DNA of 64,000 nucleotides from an uncultured Eubacteriales bacterium. GTDB taxonomy: Bacteria; Bacillota; Clostridia; Oscillospirales; Acutalibacteraceae. A program made the position numbers and the translations under genes. The notes under the pieces were generated by a model. It saw only the letters and a program-made list of their open reading frames with translations. It did not search any database and had not been told where the DNA came from. Shown here piece by piece: positions 8,679 to 17,338 of this stretch. The stretch spans positions 17,985 through 81,984 of the forward strand of contig CAKSDJ010000001.1 in the NCBI GenBank assembly GCA_934445015.1, given 5' to 3'. How positions within the stretch are numbered: the stretch's first letter is position 1; each line of letters starts with the position of its first letter.

Positions 8679-8794
8679 ACTACGCGATATATGAAACTGC
8701 TACCGAGTAGTAGAATGCAAAGCATTCGTTTACACATCATTAGGTCTTAGAAGATGTGTATGCGGATGTTTGTTTTTTTCGGAGGCTATGGGTT

Positions 8795-9479
8795 ATGTTA
8801 AACAAACTGTTTAATTATTTTACAAAAAAAGAAATCGCGCTGTGGTGCGCGTCGGTTATTTTTATTGTTTTGTCATTCGGCATATTTGACCGTGAAAATT
8901 ACCTAACGTTGACCGCTTCACTGATAGGCGTTACTTCTCTTGTATTTAACGCCAAAGGCAACCCTTTCGGTCAGTTTTTGATGATAATTTTCAGCCTGCT
9001 ATACGGAATCATATCGTTTACCTTTGCATATTACGGCAAAATGATAACCTATCCCGGAATGACAATGCCCATGGCGGTTTTTGCCCTTGTTGCGTGGCTC
9101 AAAAATCCGTACAACGGAAACAAGTCAGAAGTAAAAGTGAATTCGATAAGTAAAAAAAACCGCATTTATGTTGATTGCAACGGTTGCAATAACAGCAGTT
9201 TTTTATTTTATTCTTGAGGCGTTTAACACGTCAAATATTGTTCCGAGCACGATTTCGGTTACAACAAGTTTTTTGGCGGTGTATCTGACTTTCAGAAGAA
9301 GCGCCTATTATGCAATGTCATACGCCGCTAACGATATTGTACTGATTGTGTTGTGGATACTTGCAAGTTTTACCGATAAGCGGTATATTTCTGTAGTGGT
9401 TTGTTTTGCCGCTTTTTTGATAAATGATCTGTACGGATTTATAAATTGGCAAAGTATGAAAAAACGGCAAAGCGTATAA
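8795..9479 (+). pseudogene. pnuC: PnuC-family nicotinamide riboside transporter interrupted by a +1 frameshift in an A8 run (9152-9159)
   Basis: The two ORFs (8756-9217 and 9168-9479) together form one PnuC-like 7-TM protein. Deleting a single A from the A8 run gives a continuous 227-aa frame (..NSISKKTAFMLIATVAITAVFYFILE..). ATG at 8795 lies 9 nt after GGAGG. Confidence 0.85.
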
Positions 9480-9533
9480 CACATACGGCGACTGCCCCTT
9501 TTTAAGTTTTAAACGGACTTTTTAATACAATAT

Positions 9534-9574
9534 AAAAACAGCAGCCTGAATTAAAATTCAGGCTGCTGTTTTTA
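9534..9574. terminator. Bidirectional rho-independent terminator
   Basis: CAGCAGCCTGAA-TTAAAA-TTCAGGCTGCTG, flanked by an A-tract and a T-tract, between convergent genes. Confidence 0.8.
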
Positions 9575-9577
9575 TGT

Positions 9578-10429
9578 TTAATAATCGTTATTTACGTTTA
9601 TCCACTCACCGGGATGTTCCATACCCTTTTTGCCTGCTTCTCTTGCGGCGGCAATTACAAGGGTTTCATTATGGCTTACAGGCTCTTTACCGGTTCTGAA
9701 AAACTCTACCATAGTTTTGTAATGATATATCCAAAAATCGTAACTGCAATTTATAAGCATATTCGAAGTCGGGATAGATATATTCATCATATACGGAGTA
9801 TCATAATTAAAACTGTTTACAACTATGTATCTGCCGCTTTCAAGTTCTACCGTTACCGAGTAAAAGGCATCGCCGCGGTATACGCTCATTACCCTTTTTG
9901 CAGGTTCTTCCATAAGCATCATAGCGGGCTCTAATGCGTGAAGAATATAGTTATCAAAAGAATTTTGCGGCGTAAATACAACAAGCGACTCAATTGCCTT
10001 GCGGTCTACCTTTTGGTATTCCTGCGCGTAACGCAAAGATGAACAGGTGTAGCAGGGTGTTCCGCTTTTTTCGGCAATTTCAAACATACGCTTGGCAGAA
10101 GCCAGATCGGTACCGAACGGTTTGTCTACAAAACAGGGTTTTCCGCTTGCAAGCGCTGCGCGGCTCAGATCCTCTTTGCGTTCGCAGTTATCGGGCGCAA
10201 ATACCATTAAAACATCTGATTTTTCAACAACTTCTTCTATGGTTTTGCAATATTCGACACCGTTTTTTTCGCACCACTGCTCGCTTGTGGTTCCGTTTAC
10301 GGGATTTGCAATCTCGCCGTAAGCAAAGCAGACTTTAACTTCACCGTCAGACTGTTTTTCAAGATGTGCCGGCGCGCTGTTTGCGTGAAACTCATCCAAG
10401 TAATAATCTATAAATCCAACTTTAATCAT
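9578..10429 (-). CDS. Gfo/Idh/MocA-like protein with a degenerate dinucleotide-binding motif
   Basis: The overall Gfo/Idh/MocA layout is present, including VDKPF (an EKP-like motif). The N-terminus reads MIKVGFIDYYLDEFHANS instead of the GxGxxG/A loop. Confidence 0.75.
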   Translation of the reverse strand: MIKVGFIDYYLDEFHANSAPAHLEKQSDGEVKVCFAYGEIANPVNGTTSEQWCEKNGVEYCKTIEEVVEKSDVLMVFAPDNCERKEDLSRAALASGKPCFVDKPFGTDLASAKRMFEIAEKSGTPCYTCSSLRYAQEYQKVDRKAIESLVVFTPQNSFDNYILHALEPAMMLMEEPAKRVMSVYRGDAFYSVTVELESGRYIVVNSFNYDTPYMMNISIPTSNMLINCSYDFWIYHYKTMVEFFRTGKEPVSHNETLVIAAAREAGKKGMEHPGEWINVNNDY

Positions 10430-10441
10430 TGCAAACTCCCC

Positions 10442-11500
10442 TTAATCAAGCGTAATTTCTTTATGTATATCCGACGAATCATATATCGCCTGCATCATAC
10501 GCGCGGTAATAATATTGGTATCAATATGCGAAGGCAGCTTTTTGCCCGTTTTTATGCAATCGATAAACTCATTGATCTCACTTTCGAAATGGTTGTTCGG
10601 CTCAAATTCGGGCCTGTATTCATAAACCTTGCCGTCTTTTACGGTGTAAACCGCAAATTCTTTTGTGTAATAGTCGATGCGCGCACCGCCCTTATCACCC
10701 ATAAAGTCGATATACATTTCTTCATGATTTATGTTTTGCGCCCACGCGCCGTTTACCGTAATTGTCGGACCCTGCGTGCGGATAAGTGCCGTAACGGAAT
10801 CGTCAACATCATATATGCCGTCGAGTTTTGGCGGACCTGCCCACATTGTACCGGGATAAACATATTCGGATATATTTTTGCCGAGTTTGCAAAAAGCCTC
10901 ACCCGTAACGGTGGTGGGTTTTGGGTCGCCGCAGCAGAACATAACTATGTCAAGAAAATGTACGCCCCAATCAATAAGCGCACCGCCGCCGGCAACCGCC
11001 TTTGTTGTAAAATCACCGCCGAGACCCGGTATTGAACGGTAAGCGCGAAAACTTACATAAACGTGAAAAATGTCGCCGAGAGCACCCTCATCAATAAGTT
11101 TTTTAAGTGCCTTGACGCCGTTGTTAAAGCGGTTGCAAACGCCTATATTAAGCACCTTGCCGGTTTCATGCTGCACTTTTTGCATTTCAAGCGCTTCACT
11201 AAGCACACGTGCAGCGGGTTTTTCGCAAAGTACGTTTTTGCCTGCGCGCATAGCGTCGATTGAAATTACAGAGTGCATACGGTTAGGCGTGCAAACCGAT
11301 ATTGCCTCTACCTCAGGGTCGGCAAGAACTTCTTTGTAATCGGTTACCGCAATTCCGCAACCGTATTTTTCTACCGCTGCCTCTGCCCTTTCGGGAATAA
11401 TATCGCAAAAATATTTAATTTCTGCCTCTGGGTTTTTAAGGTATGCGGGGATATGCGACCTGTTTGCGATTGTACCGCAACCTATAATTGCAACTTTCAT
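10442..11500 (-). CDS. Gfo/Idh/MocA family oxidoreductase
   Basis: MKVAIIGCGTIANRSHIPAY (Rossmann GxGxxA loop) and VLCEKPAA (EKP motif), with a C-terminal alpha/beta domain. Confidence 0.92.
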   Translation of the reverse strand: MKVAIIGCGTIANRSHIPAYLKNPEAEIKYFCDIIPERAEAAVEKYGCGIAVTDYKEVLADPEVEAISVCTPNRMHSVISIDAMRAGKNVLCEKPAARVLSEALEMQKVQHETGKVLNIGVCNRFNNGVKALKKLIDEGALGDIFHVYVSFRAYRSIPGLGGDFTTKAVAGGGALIDWGVHFLDIVMFCCGDPKPTTVTGEAFCKLGKNISEYVYPGTMWAGPPKLDGIYDVDDSVTALIRTQGPTITVNGAWAQNINHEEMYIDFMGDKGGARIDYYTKEFAVYTVKDGKVYEYRPEFEPNNHFESEINEFIDCIKTGKKLPSHIDTNIITARMMQAIYDSSDIHKEITLD

Positions 11501-11509
11501 AATACTACC

Positions 11510-12409
11510 TCACTTTGTTATATGATCAGAGCTGTTTGGCTCGGATTTGCGAAATTTTTCGGCATAGGCGCTCGGGCTCATACTCTCTCGCGCTGAAAAC
11601 GCCTTGCTGAACACGTGTATGCTGCTGTAGCCCATTTTTTCGGCAACGGCGGTCACGCTGTAACCCTCACACAGCAGCTCACACGCGCGTTTGTGGCGGC
11701 TCATCAAAAAGAACTCCTGCAAACTTATACCCATGGATTTTGAAAAAAACGATGATATATATGAGTAACTGTATCCGAACTTTTCGGGCAATTTTTTTAA
11801 AACGGCAATATCCTCGGCATAAGAATCTATAAACGAACATATTTGCGAAACGGTGTGTTTTTTGCCGAACCTCAAATCCGGAAAATAAACGCTGTTTGCC
11901 GAACCGTCGAGCGAACGCATAGTGTAAATAAGCAATTTACGCACACTGTCGGCAACGATTATTTCAGAAAACTCATCCTTGCCGTATAAATTAAAAAATA
12001 TATCGTGAAAAGTCTGCGGTATTCCGCGGTCGGCTTCGCCCATACCTGCACCGTTTTTTTGAAAAAACTCATTCAGCGACTGTTCGCAATGATTTGATAT
12101 GTCTGCAATTTCAAAGGCGATATAATAATATCTGAGCGACTTACCGTCGGCACTGTCAATAGCGTGCAGTGTATCTTTAGGATTAAAAATAACATCGCCG
12201 CTTTTGCAAAAATATTCTTTATCGCCGCAAAGTATGTTAGCATTGCCGCTTACAATGTATGTTATTTCATTTGCGACCTGAGTATGTTTTCGGCACTTAA
12301 AACCCGAATAGGTGTCGATATCGCCGACCTGTATTATATTAAACGGTGCAAAAAACATAGGTTCTTCATAAAAAACATTGTCAAAATGGAACTTAACAAA
12401 ATCAGGCAT
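11510..12409 (-). CDS. AraC family transcriptional regulator (cupin sensor plus HTH)
   Basis: The start is at MPDFVKFHFDN, preceded by GGGAGG. It has an N-terminal cupin-like domain and a C-terminal AraC HTH (..GYSSIHVFSKAFSARESMSPSAY). Confidence 0.9.
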   Translation of the reverse strand: MPDFVKFHFDNVFYEEPMFFAPFNIIQVGDIDTYSGFKCRKHTQVANEITYIVSGNANILCGDKEYFCKSGDVIFNPKDTLHAIDSADGKSLRYYYIAFEIADISNHCEQSLNEFFQKNGAGMGEADRGIPQTFHDIFFNLYGKDEFSEIIVADSVRKLLIYTMRSLDGSANSVYFPDLRFGKKHTVSQICSFIDSYAEDIAVLKKLPEKFGYSYSYISSFFSKSMGISLQEFFLMSRHKRACELLCEGYSVTAVAEKMGYSSIHVFSKAFSARESMSPSAYAEKFRKSEPNSSDHITK

Positions 12410-12522
12410 TTTAATTAGCCTCCCGTTTAAGATTTTAGCACTAATAAATTCTTTTTTATTTGTTATTATCACAGTTTTTATTTAGCATTTTTTATTATGC
12501 CAAAAAACAAATAAAAGTGCAA

Positions 12523-12553
12523 GAAAAAAGCACCGATTGTTATCGGTGCTTTT
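12523..12553 (-). terminator. Rho-independent terminator between the two AraC paralogs
   Basis: AGCACCGAT-nnnn-ATCGGTGCT, with a T-tract on the minus strand. Confidence 0.7.
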
Positions 12554-12577
12554 AATAACATTTATGTTTTAACAATT

Positions 12578-13459
12578 TTATTTGTTTTTCCGTTTTTCGG
12601 CATAAACGCTCGGCGATACGCCCTCGCGCGCCGAGAATGCGTTACTGAACGCGTGTATACTGCTGTAACCCATTCTTTCGGCAACCTCGGTAACCGAAAG
12701 ACCGTTTTTCAGCAGATCACATTCATATTTGTGACGCGCTATCAAAAAATAATTTTTAAGGCTTATACCCATAGATTTCGAGAAAAACGATGAAAGATAC
12801 GAATAACTGTACCCGAATTTTTCGGGCAGTTTTTTAAGCGTTCCTATATCCTCGACCGAAGAGTCCATAAATGAACATATCTGCGAAATGATACGCTTTT
12901 TGCCGAAACGCGCATCGGGTATATATACACGGTTTGCCTTGCCTTCAAAAGAGCGCACCGTATAAATCAGTATTTTTCGGATACTGTCAACAATAAGTAA
13001 TTTTGAAAGGTCGTCCTCTTCATAAAGGTTGATAAATATATCCTGAAAAGCGCTGGGAATTGATTTATCGGCTGTTGCAGACCCTGAACTTATGTTTTTG
13101 AAAAAACTGTCAAGTATTTTTTCAGCCTCGCCCTCTACGTCGTCAATACCAAACGACAGCGAATAATAGCGGAGTGACTGACTGCCGACATTTTTTATAG
13201 CGTGCACCGTACCCTTAGCGTTGTATATTACATCGCCGGATTTACAAGTGCAAACTCTGTCGCCGCAGGTTATCTCTGCGCTGCCTTTAACAATATACGT
13301 AATTTCATTTTGATTGTTTTGATGATCTGCCATCTCAAAACCGGGGTAAGTGTCTATTTCGCCCAACTGATACACGGTAAAAGGCAGCAAATGCACGGGA
13401 TCATCGATAAACCAGTTATCGAAATGAAATTTTATATGCTCTGAAGATGCCTGAGTCAT
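12578..13459 (-). CDS. AraC family transcriptional regulator, paralog of 11510-12409
   Basis: The start is at MTQASSEHIKFHFDN, preceded by AAGGGGGA. It is collinear with the neighbouring AraC protein over its whole length (for example KKLPEKFGYSYSY(I/L)SSFFSKSMGISL). Confidence 0.9.
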   Translation of the reverse strand: MTQASSEHIKFHFDNWFIDDPVHLLPFTVYQLGEIDTYPGFEMADHQNNQNEITYIVKGSAEITCGDRVCTCKSGDVIYNAKGTVHAIKNVGSQSLRYYSLSFGIDDVEGEAEKILDSFFKNISSGSATADKSIPSAFQDIFINLYEEDDLSKLLIVDSIRKILIYTVRSFEGKANRVYIPDARFGKKRIISQICSFMDSSVEDIGTLKKLPEKFGYSYSYLSSFFSKSMGISLKNYFLIARHKYECDLLKNGLSVTEVAERMGYSSIHAFSNAFSAREGVSPSVYAEKRKNK

Positions 13460-13573
13460 AAAAATCCCCCTTCGCAAATTACATATTTTTCATTATATAT
13501 TATAATACACATATTTGAATTTGTATTTAATATTACAAAATTTGTTTTTTACTATTTTTTATCACAAATAAAA

Positions 13574-15292
13574 CTAAGTTTCGTCAGAAAAGTTTTTTGC
13601 GTTTAATTCGGCGTATATTCCGTTTTGTTTTAAGAGTTCACTGTGCGTTCCGCGCTCTTTAATTTCACCGTCGGATACAACCGCAATTTCATCGGCATTT
13701 TTTATTGTTGAAAGGCGATGTGCCACAACAATTGTCGTTCTGCCTTTACACAGTTCATCGAGCGCGTTTTGTATCATAATTTCGGTAGCGTTGTCAAGCG
13801 CGCTTGTCGCCTCGTCAAGTATAAGTATTGGCGGATTTTTCAAAAATACTCTTGCTATGCTGATACGCTGTTTTTGTCCGCCCGAAAGTTTAACGCCGCG
13901 CTCGCCTATAACGGTGTCGTACCCGTCGGGCAATGTCATAATATAGTTATGTATATTTGCGCGTTTTGCCGCCGCGACAACCTCGTCAAAACCGGCGTTC
14001 GGTTTTCCGTAAAGGATATTATCCTTTATACTTGAATTAAAAAGATAAACATCCTGCTGGACTATGCCTATATTTTTGCGCAAAGAGGCGCGTGTAACAT
14101 GGCTTGTGTCAATACCGTCAATCAAAATTTTGCCCTGTTGTATGTCATAAAACCGCGGTATAAGGTGGCATATTGTAGTTTTGCCGCCGCCCGACGGACC
14201 TACCAGGGCGTAAGTCATACCTTTATTGACTTTAAGGTTTACGCCTTTAAGCACATTTTCGCCCTTGCCGTAACCGTAAGTAACATTTTGAAACTCAATG
14301 CTGCCCTGCACGTTATCCATATCACGGGCATCGGGGCTGTCGGATTCGGGCTCGGTGCTCATTATTTCAATATAACGCTCAAAGCCCGAAACGCCGTCCT
14401 GAAAAGACTCCATAAAACGGATCAGTGTATTTATAGGGTTGATAAACAGGTTGACCGACACTATAAATGCCGAATAATCGCCGAAATCGATTTTTCCGCT
14501 GTATAGAAAAAGTCCGCCGGCTATAAGTATAACAACATTAAAAACATCTGTTACAAACGTGGTTTCCGAATGAAACTTACCCATCGCCTTATACGCCATA
14601 CGGCTGTTTTCGACAAATTGCGCGTTGCCGCACTCAAATTTTTCAATTTCTTTTTCGGCATTGTTAAACGCCTTTGTTACCCTTATACCCGAAATACTGC
14701 TCTCAAGCGCGGCATTGATCACCGCGTTTGATTCGCGGCGGCGTTTAAAAGCCGTACGCATACGGCGGCGCAGTGACATAGACACTATTACCAAAGCCGG
14801 CACACAGGCAAAAATGATAAGCGACAACCAAATATTTATAGATGCAAGATATACAAAAGATATTACAACCGAAACACTTGTAATTATAAAATTTTCAGGT
14901 CCGTGGTGGGCAAGTTCTGCAATATCGAACAAGTCGGTTGTCATACGCGACATTATTTTGCCTGTTTCGCGGTCATCGTAAAAACTGAACGGAAGCGTTT
15001 CAAGATGACTGAACAGGTCGCTGCGCATTTTCGCCTGCATTTTTACACCCATCATATGACCTACGTATTGCACATAATATGAAAGGCCCATTCGCAAAAC
15101 ATATACAACAAGCAGACCTACACCGTAGATAATTATATCTTTATACTTTTTGTTTGGTATCAGGTCGTTTAACATCATACGGGTTATCATAGGATAAAAT
15201 ATCGCTATGACCGACATTCCGAGTGATGCCAGCATATCAAGCACAAAGGTAAGTTTATGCGGTTTGTAGTAACTCAAAAATTTTTTAAACAT
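13574..15292 (-). CDS. ABC exporter, fused permease/ATPase (MsbA/multidrug type)
   Basis: Six N-terminal TM segments, Walker A GPSGGGKTT, signature LSGGQKQR and Walker B ILILDEATS. Confidence 0.93.
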   Translation of the reverse strand: MFKKFLSYYKPHKLTFVLDMLASLGMSVIAIFYPMITRMMLNDLIPNKKYKDIIIYGVGLLVVYVLRMGLSYYVQYVGHMMGVKMQAKMRSDLFSHLETLPFSFYDDRETGKIMSRMTTDLFDIAELAHHGPENFIITSVSVVISFVYLASINIWLSLIIFACVPALVIVSMSLRRRMRTAFKRRRESNAVINAALESSISGIRVTKAFNNAEKEIEKFECGNAQFVENSRMAYKAMGKFHSETTFVTDVFNVVILIAGGLFLYSGKIDFGDYSAFIVSVNLFINPINTLIRFMESFQDGVSGFERYIEIMSTEPESDSPDARDMDNVQGSIEFQNVTYGYGKGENVLKGVNLKVNKGMTYALVGPSGGGKTTICHLIPRFYDIQQGKILIDGIDTSHVTRASLRKNIGIVQQDVYLFNSSIKDNILYGKPNAGFDEVVAAAKRANIHNYIMTLPDGYDTVIGERGVKLSGGQKQRISIARVFLKNPPILILDEATSALDNATEIMIQNALDELCKGRTTIVVAHRLSTIKNADEIAVVSDGEIKERGTHSELLKQNGIYAELNAKNFSDET

Positions 15293-15308
15293 ATATTCGC
15301 CTTCTGTT

Positions 15309-17333
15309 TCAGTTCTCGTTTAACTTTTTATACATTTTAATTATAGCCTGTCTTAAATTCAGGTTTTCGGTGTTTTTAAGCGTGGGGTCGCTTTCAAGCA
15401 GGCCTGCCGCCGCCATACCGGCCAAACGCAAAATATCGTTGTCGGCATAAATATCGGCAATTTTAAGTGCCGGCAATCCGTGCTGACGCGAGCCCAAAAA
15501 ATCACCCGGGCCCCTGAGTCGCAGGTCCTCATCGGCAATTTTAAAACCGTCATTACTGTTTTTTATTGCAGTAAGCCTTTCTGCGGCGTTGCCGCTTTTA
15601 AAATCCGACATAAAAATGCATGTGGATTTATAACTGCCGCGGCCTATTCTGCCGCGCAGCTGGTGCAGCTGCGACAGCCCGAAACGCTCGGCGTTTTCAA
15701 TCAGCATTATTGTGGCGTTCGGCACGTCTATGCCCACTTCGATCACCGTGGTGCATACAAGCAGTTTTATTTTGCCGTCTTTAAACGCACGCATAATATT
15801 TTCTTTTTCGGCGGGTTTCATTTTACCGTGAAGCAAACCCACGTCATAATTTTTAAATGCACCGTCTTTTATTTTTGCATAATACTCCTCAGCGGATACA
15901 AGGTCAAGCGCATCGTTTTCTTCTACCATAGGGCAAACTATATATCCCTGCCTGCCCTCATCGAGATGCTTTTTTATGTAGGCAAAAACGCGGTTTCTGA
16001 GCGCGCTTTGCACACAGTAATTTTCTATTGATTTTCTGCCGCTTGGGTACTCGTCTATTATGCTTATATCAAGATCGCCGTATATAATAAGCCCGAGTGT
16101 TCGCGGTATAGGCGTTGCAGACATTACAAGCGTATGGGGGTGTATGCCCTTTTGCGAAAATGCTGCGCGCTGCGATACACCGAAGCGATGCTGCTCATCT
16201 GTGATGACCAGCGCCAAATTTTTAAAAGTAACTCCGCCGCTTATAAGGGCGTGAGTGCCTACGGCTATACTGGCTGCGCCGCTTGCAAGTTGTTCGTTTG
16301 CAAACTGCCTTTCGCTTTTTTTAAGTGAACCGGTTACAAGCACACAGTCAATGCCTGTATTTTTTAAGGCATTGCACAAATTTTTGTAATGCTGTTCGGC
16401 AAGGATCTCAGTAGGTGCCATAATTGCCGCCTGATAACCTGATTTTGCCGTATGATACATAAGCGCTGCCGCTACGGCGGTTTTGCCGCAGCCTACGTCG
16501 CCCTGAACCAAGCGGTTCATAACTCTGCCGGATGACATATCGGCTACGCAGTCTTTGATTGCATTTTTTTGTGCGTTTGTAAGTTCAAAAGGTAATGACG
16601 CAGCGTAATCATTGGTGTAGTCGACGTCCAAAACAAAGGGCGATTTTATACGCCTTTTGTTTTTTAGCAGCATAAGGCTTGTACGCAATATAAAAAGTTC
16701 TTCAAAAACAAGATATTTTTTTGCGCGCGACAACGCCTCATCACTTTTAGGAAAATGTATGTTAAAAAGTGCGGTGCGCAGGTCGCAAAGGTTATAGTTC
16801 TGCATTATGCTTTCGGGCAAAACATCGGTTATTTCGCACTCGGCAAGCGCGGTTTTAACCATTTTTTCAATTGAGTACGAAGTCATATTTTTTGTGGCCG
16901 CATACACAGGAGTAATGCCGGTATCGCCCACCTGTTTGATTTTAGGCGAAGACATAGACGGCAAAAACGAGTCGGACTGAATTTTACCCAAAAACATATA
17001 TTCGCTGCCGCAATTCAACCTGTTTGCAAGATAGTTATTATTAAAAATTGTTATTTGCAGATTTGCAGTGCCGTCGCTTACCGTAAATCTATAAAGCGTC
17101 ATATTTTTGCGAACGGCATTTTTGATTATAGGTGTTATTATTTTTGCCCTGACACATACGGTTTGATTTGTGGCGCACTCGGATATCGCGGTAACGTTTT
17201 TAAAGTCCTCATATCCGCGCGGATAATAACGCAAAAGGGCACCGACTGTATCGATGCCCATTGAATACAAAATCTCTGAGCGTTTTTCGCCGACGCCCTT
17301 TAAAAATCTTATATCTGTGTCAAAGTTTAACAT
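15309..17333 (-). CDS. recG: ATP-dependent DNA helicase RecG
   Basis: Wedge domain, then helicase motifs GDVGCGKT, DEQHRFG and the TTVIEVGIDVPNAT..QLRGRIGRG block. It follows yloV, as in other Firmicutes. A GTG at 17342 is an alternative start. Confidence 0.95.
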   Translation of the reverse strand: MLNFDTDIRFLKGVGEKRSEILYSMGIDTVGALLRYYPRGYEDFKNVTAISECATNQTVCVRAKIITPIIKNAVRKNMTLYRFTVSDGTANLQITIFNNNYLANRLNCGSEYMFLGKIQSDSFLPSMSSPKIKQVGDTGITPVYAATKNMTSYSIEKMVKTALAECEITDVLPESIMQNYNLCDLRTALFNIHFPKSDEALSRAKKYLVFEELFILRTSLMLLKNKRRIKSPFVLDVDYTNDYAASLPFELTNAQKNAIKDCVADMSSGRVMNRLVQGDVGCGKTAVAAALMYHTAKSGYQAAIMAPTEILAEQHYKNLCNALKNTGIDCVLVTGSLKKSERQFANEQLASGAASIAVGTHALISGGVTFKNLALVITDEQHRFGVSQRAAFSQKGIHPHTLVMSATPIPRTLGLIIYGDLDISIIDEYPSGRKSIENYCVQSALRNRVFAYIKKHLDEGRQGYIVCPMVEENDALDLVSAEEYYAKIKDGAFKNYDVGLLHGKMKPAEKENIMRAFKDGKIKLLVCTTVIEVGIDVPNATIMLIENAERFGLSQLHQLRGRIGRGSYKSTCIFMSDFKSGNAAERLTAIKNSNDGFKIADEDLRLRGPGDFLGSRQHGLPALKIADIYADNDILRLAGMAAAGLLESDPTLKNTENLNLRQAIIKMYKKLNEN

Positions 17334-17338
17334 AATTA

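Noticed and set aside
10364-11035. A long antisense ORF (223 aa). Similar shadow ORFs occur at 5215-5844, 7926-8387, 23452-23982, 42757-43335 and 54290-54847.
   Set aside because: Each lies fully opposite a confidently identified gene. They have odd composition (rich in Arg, Cys, Phe and Ile), no RBS and no family resemblance, so they are typical shadow ORFs.
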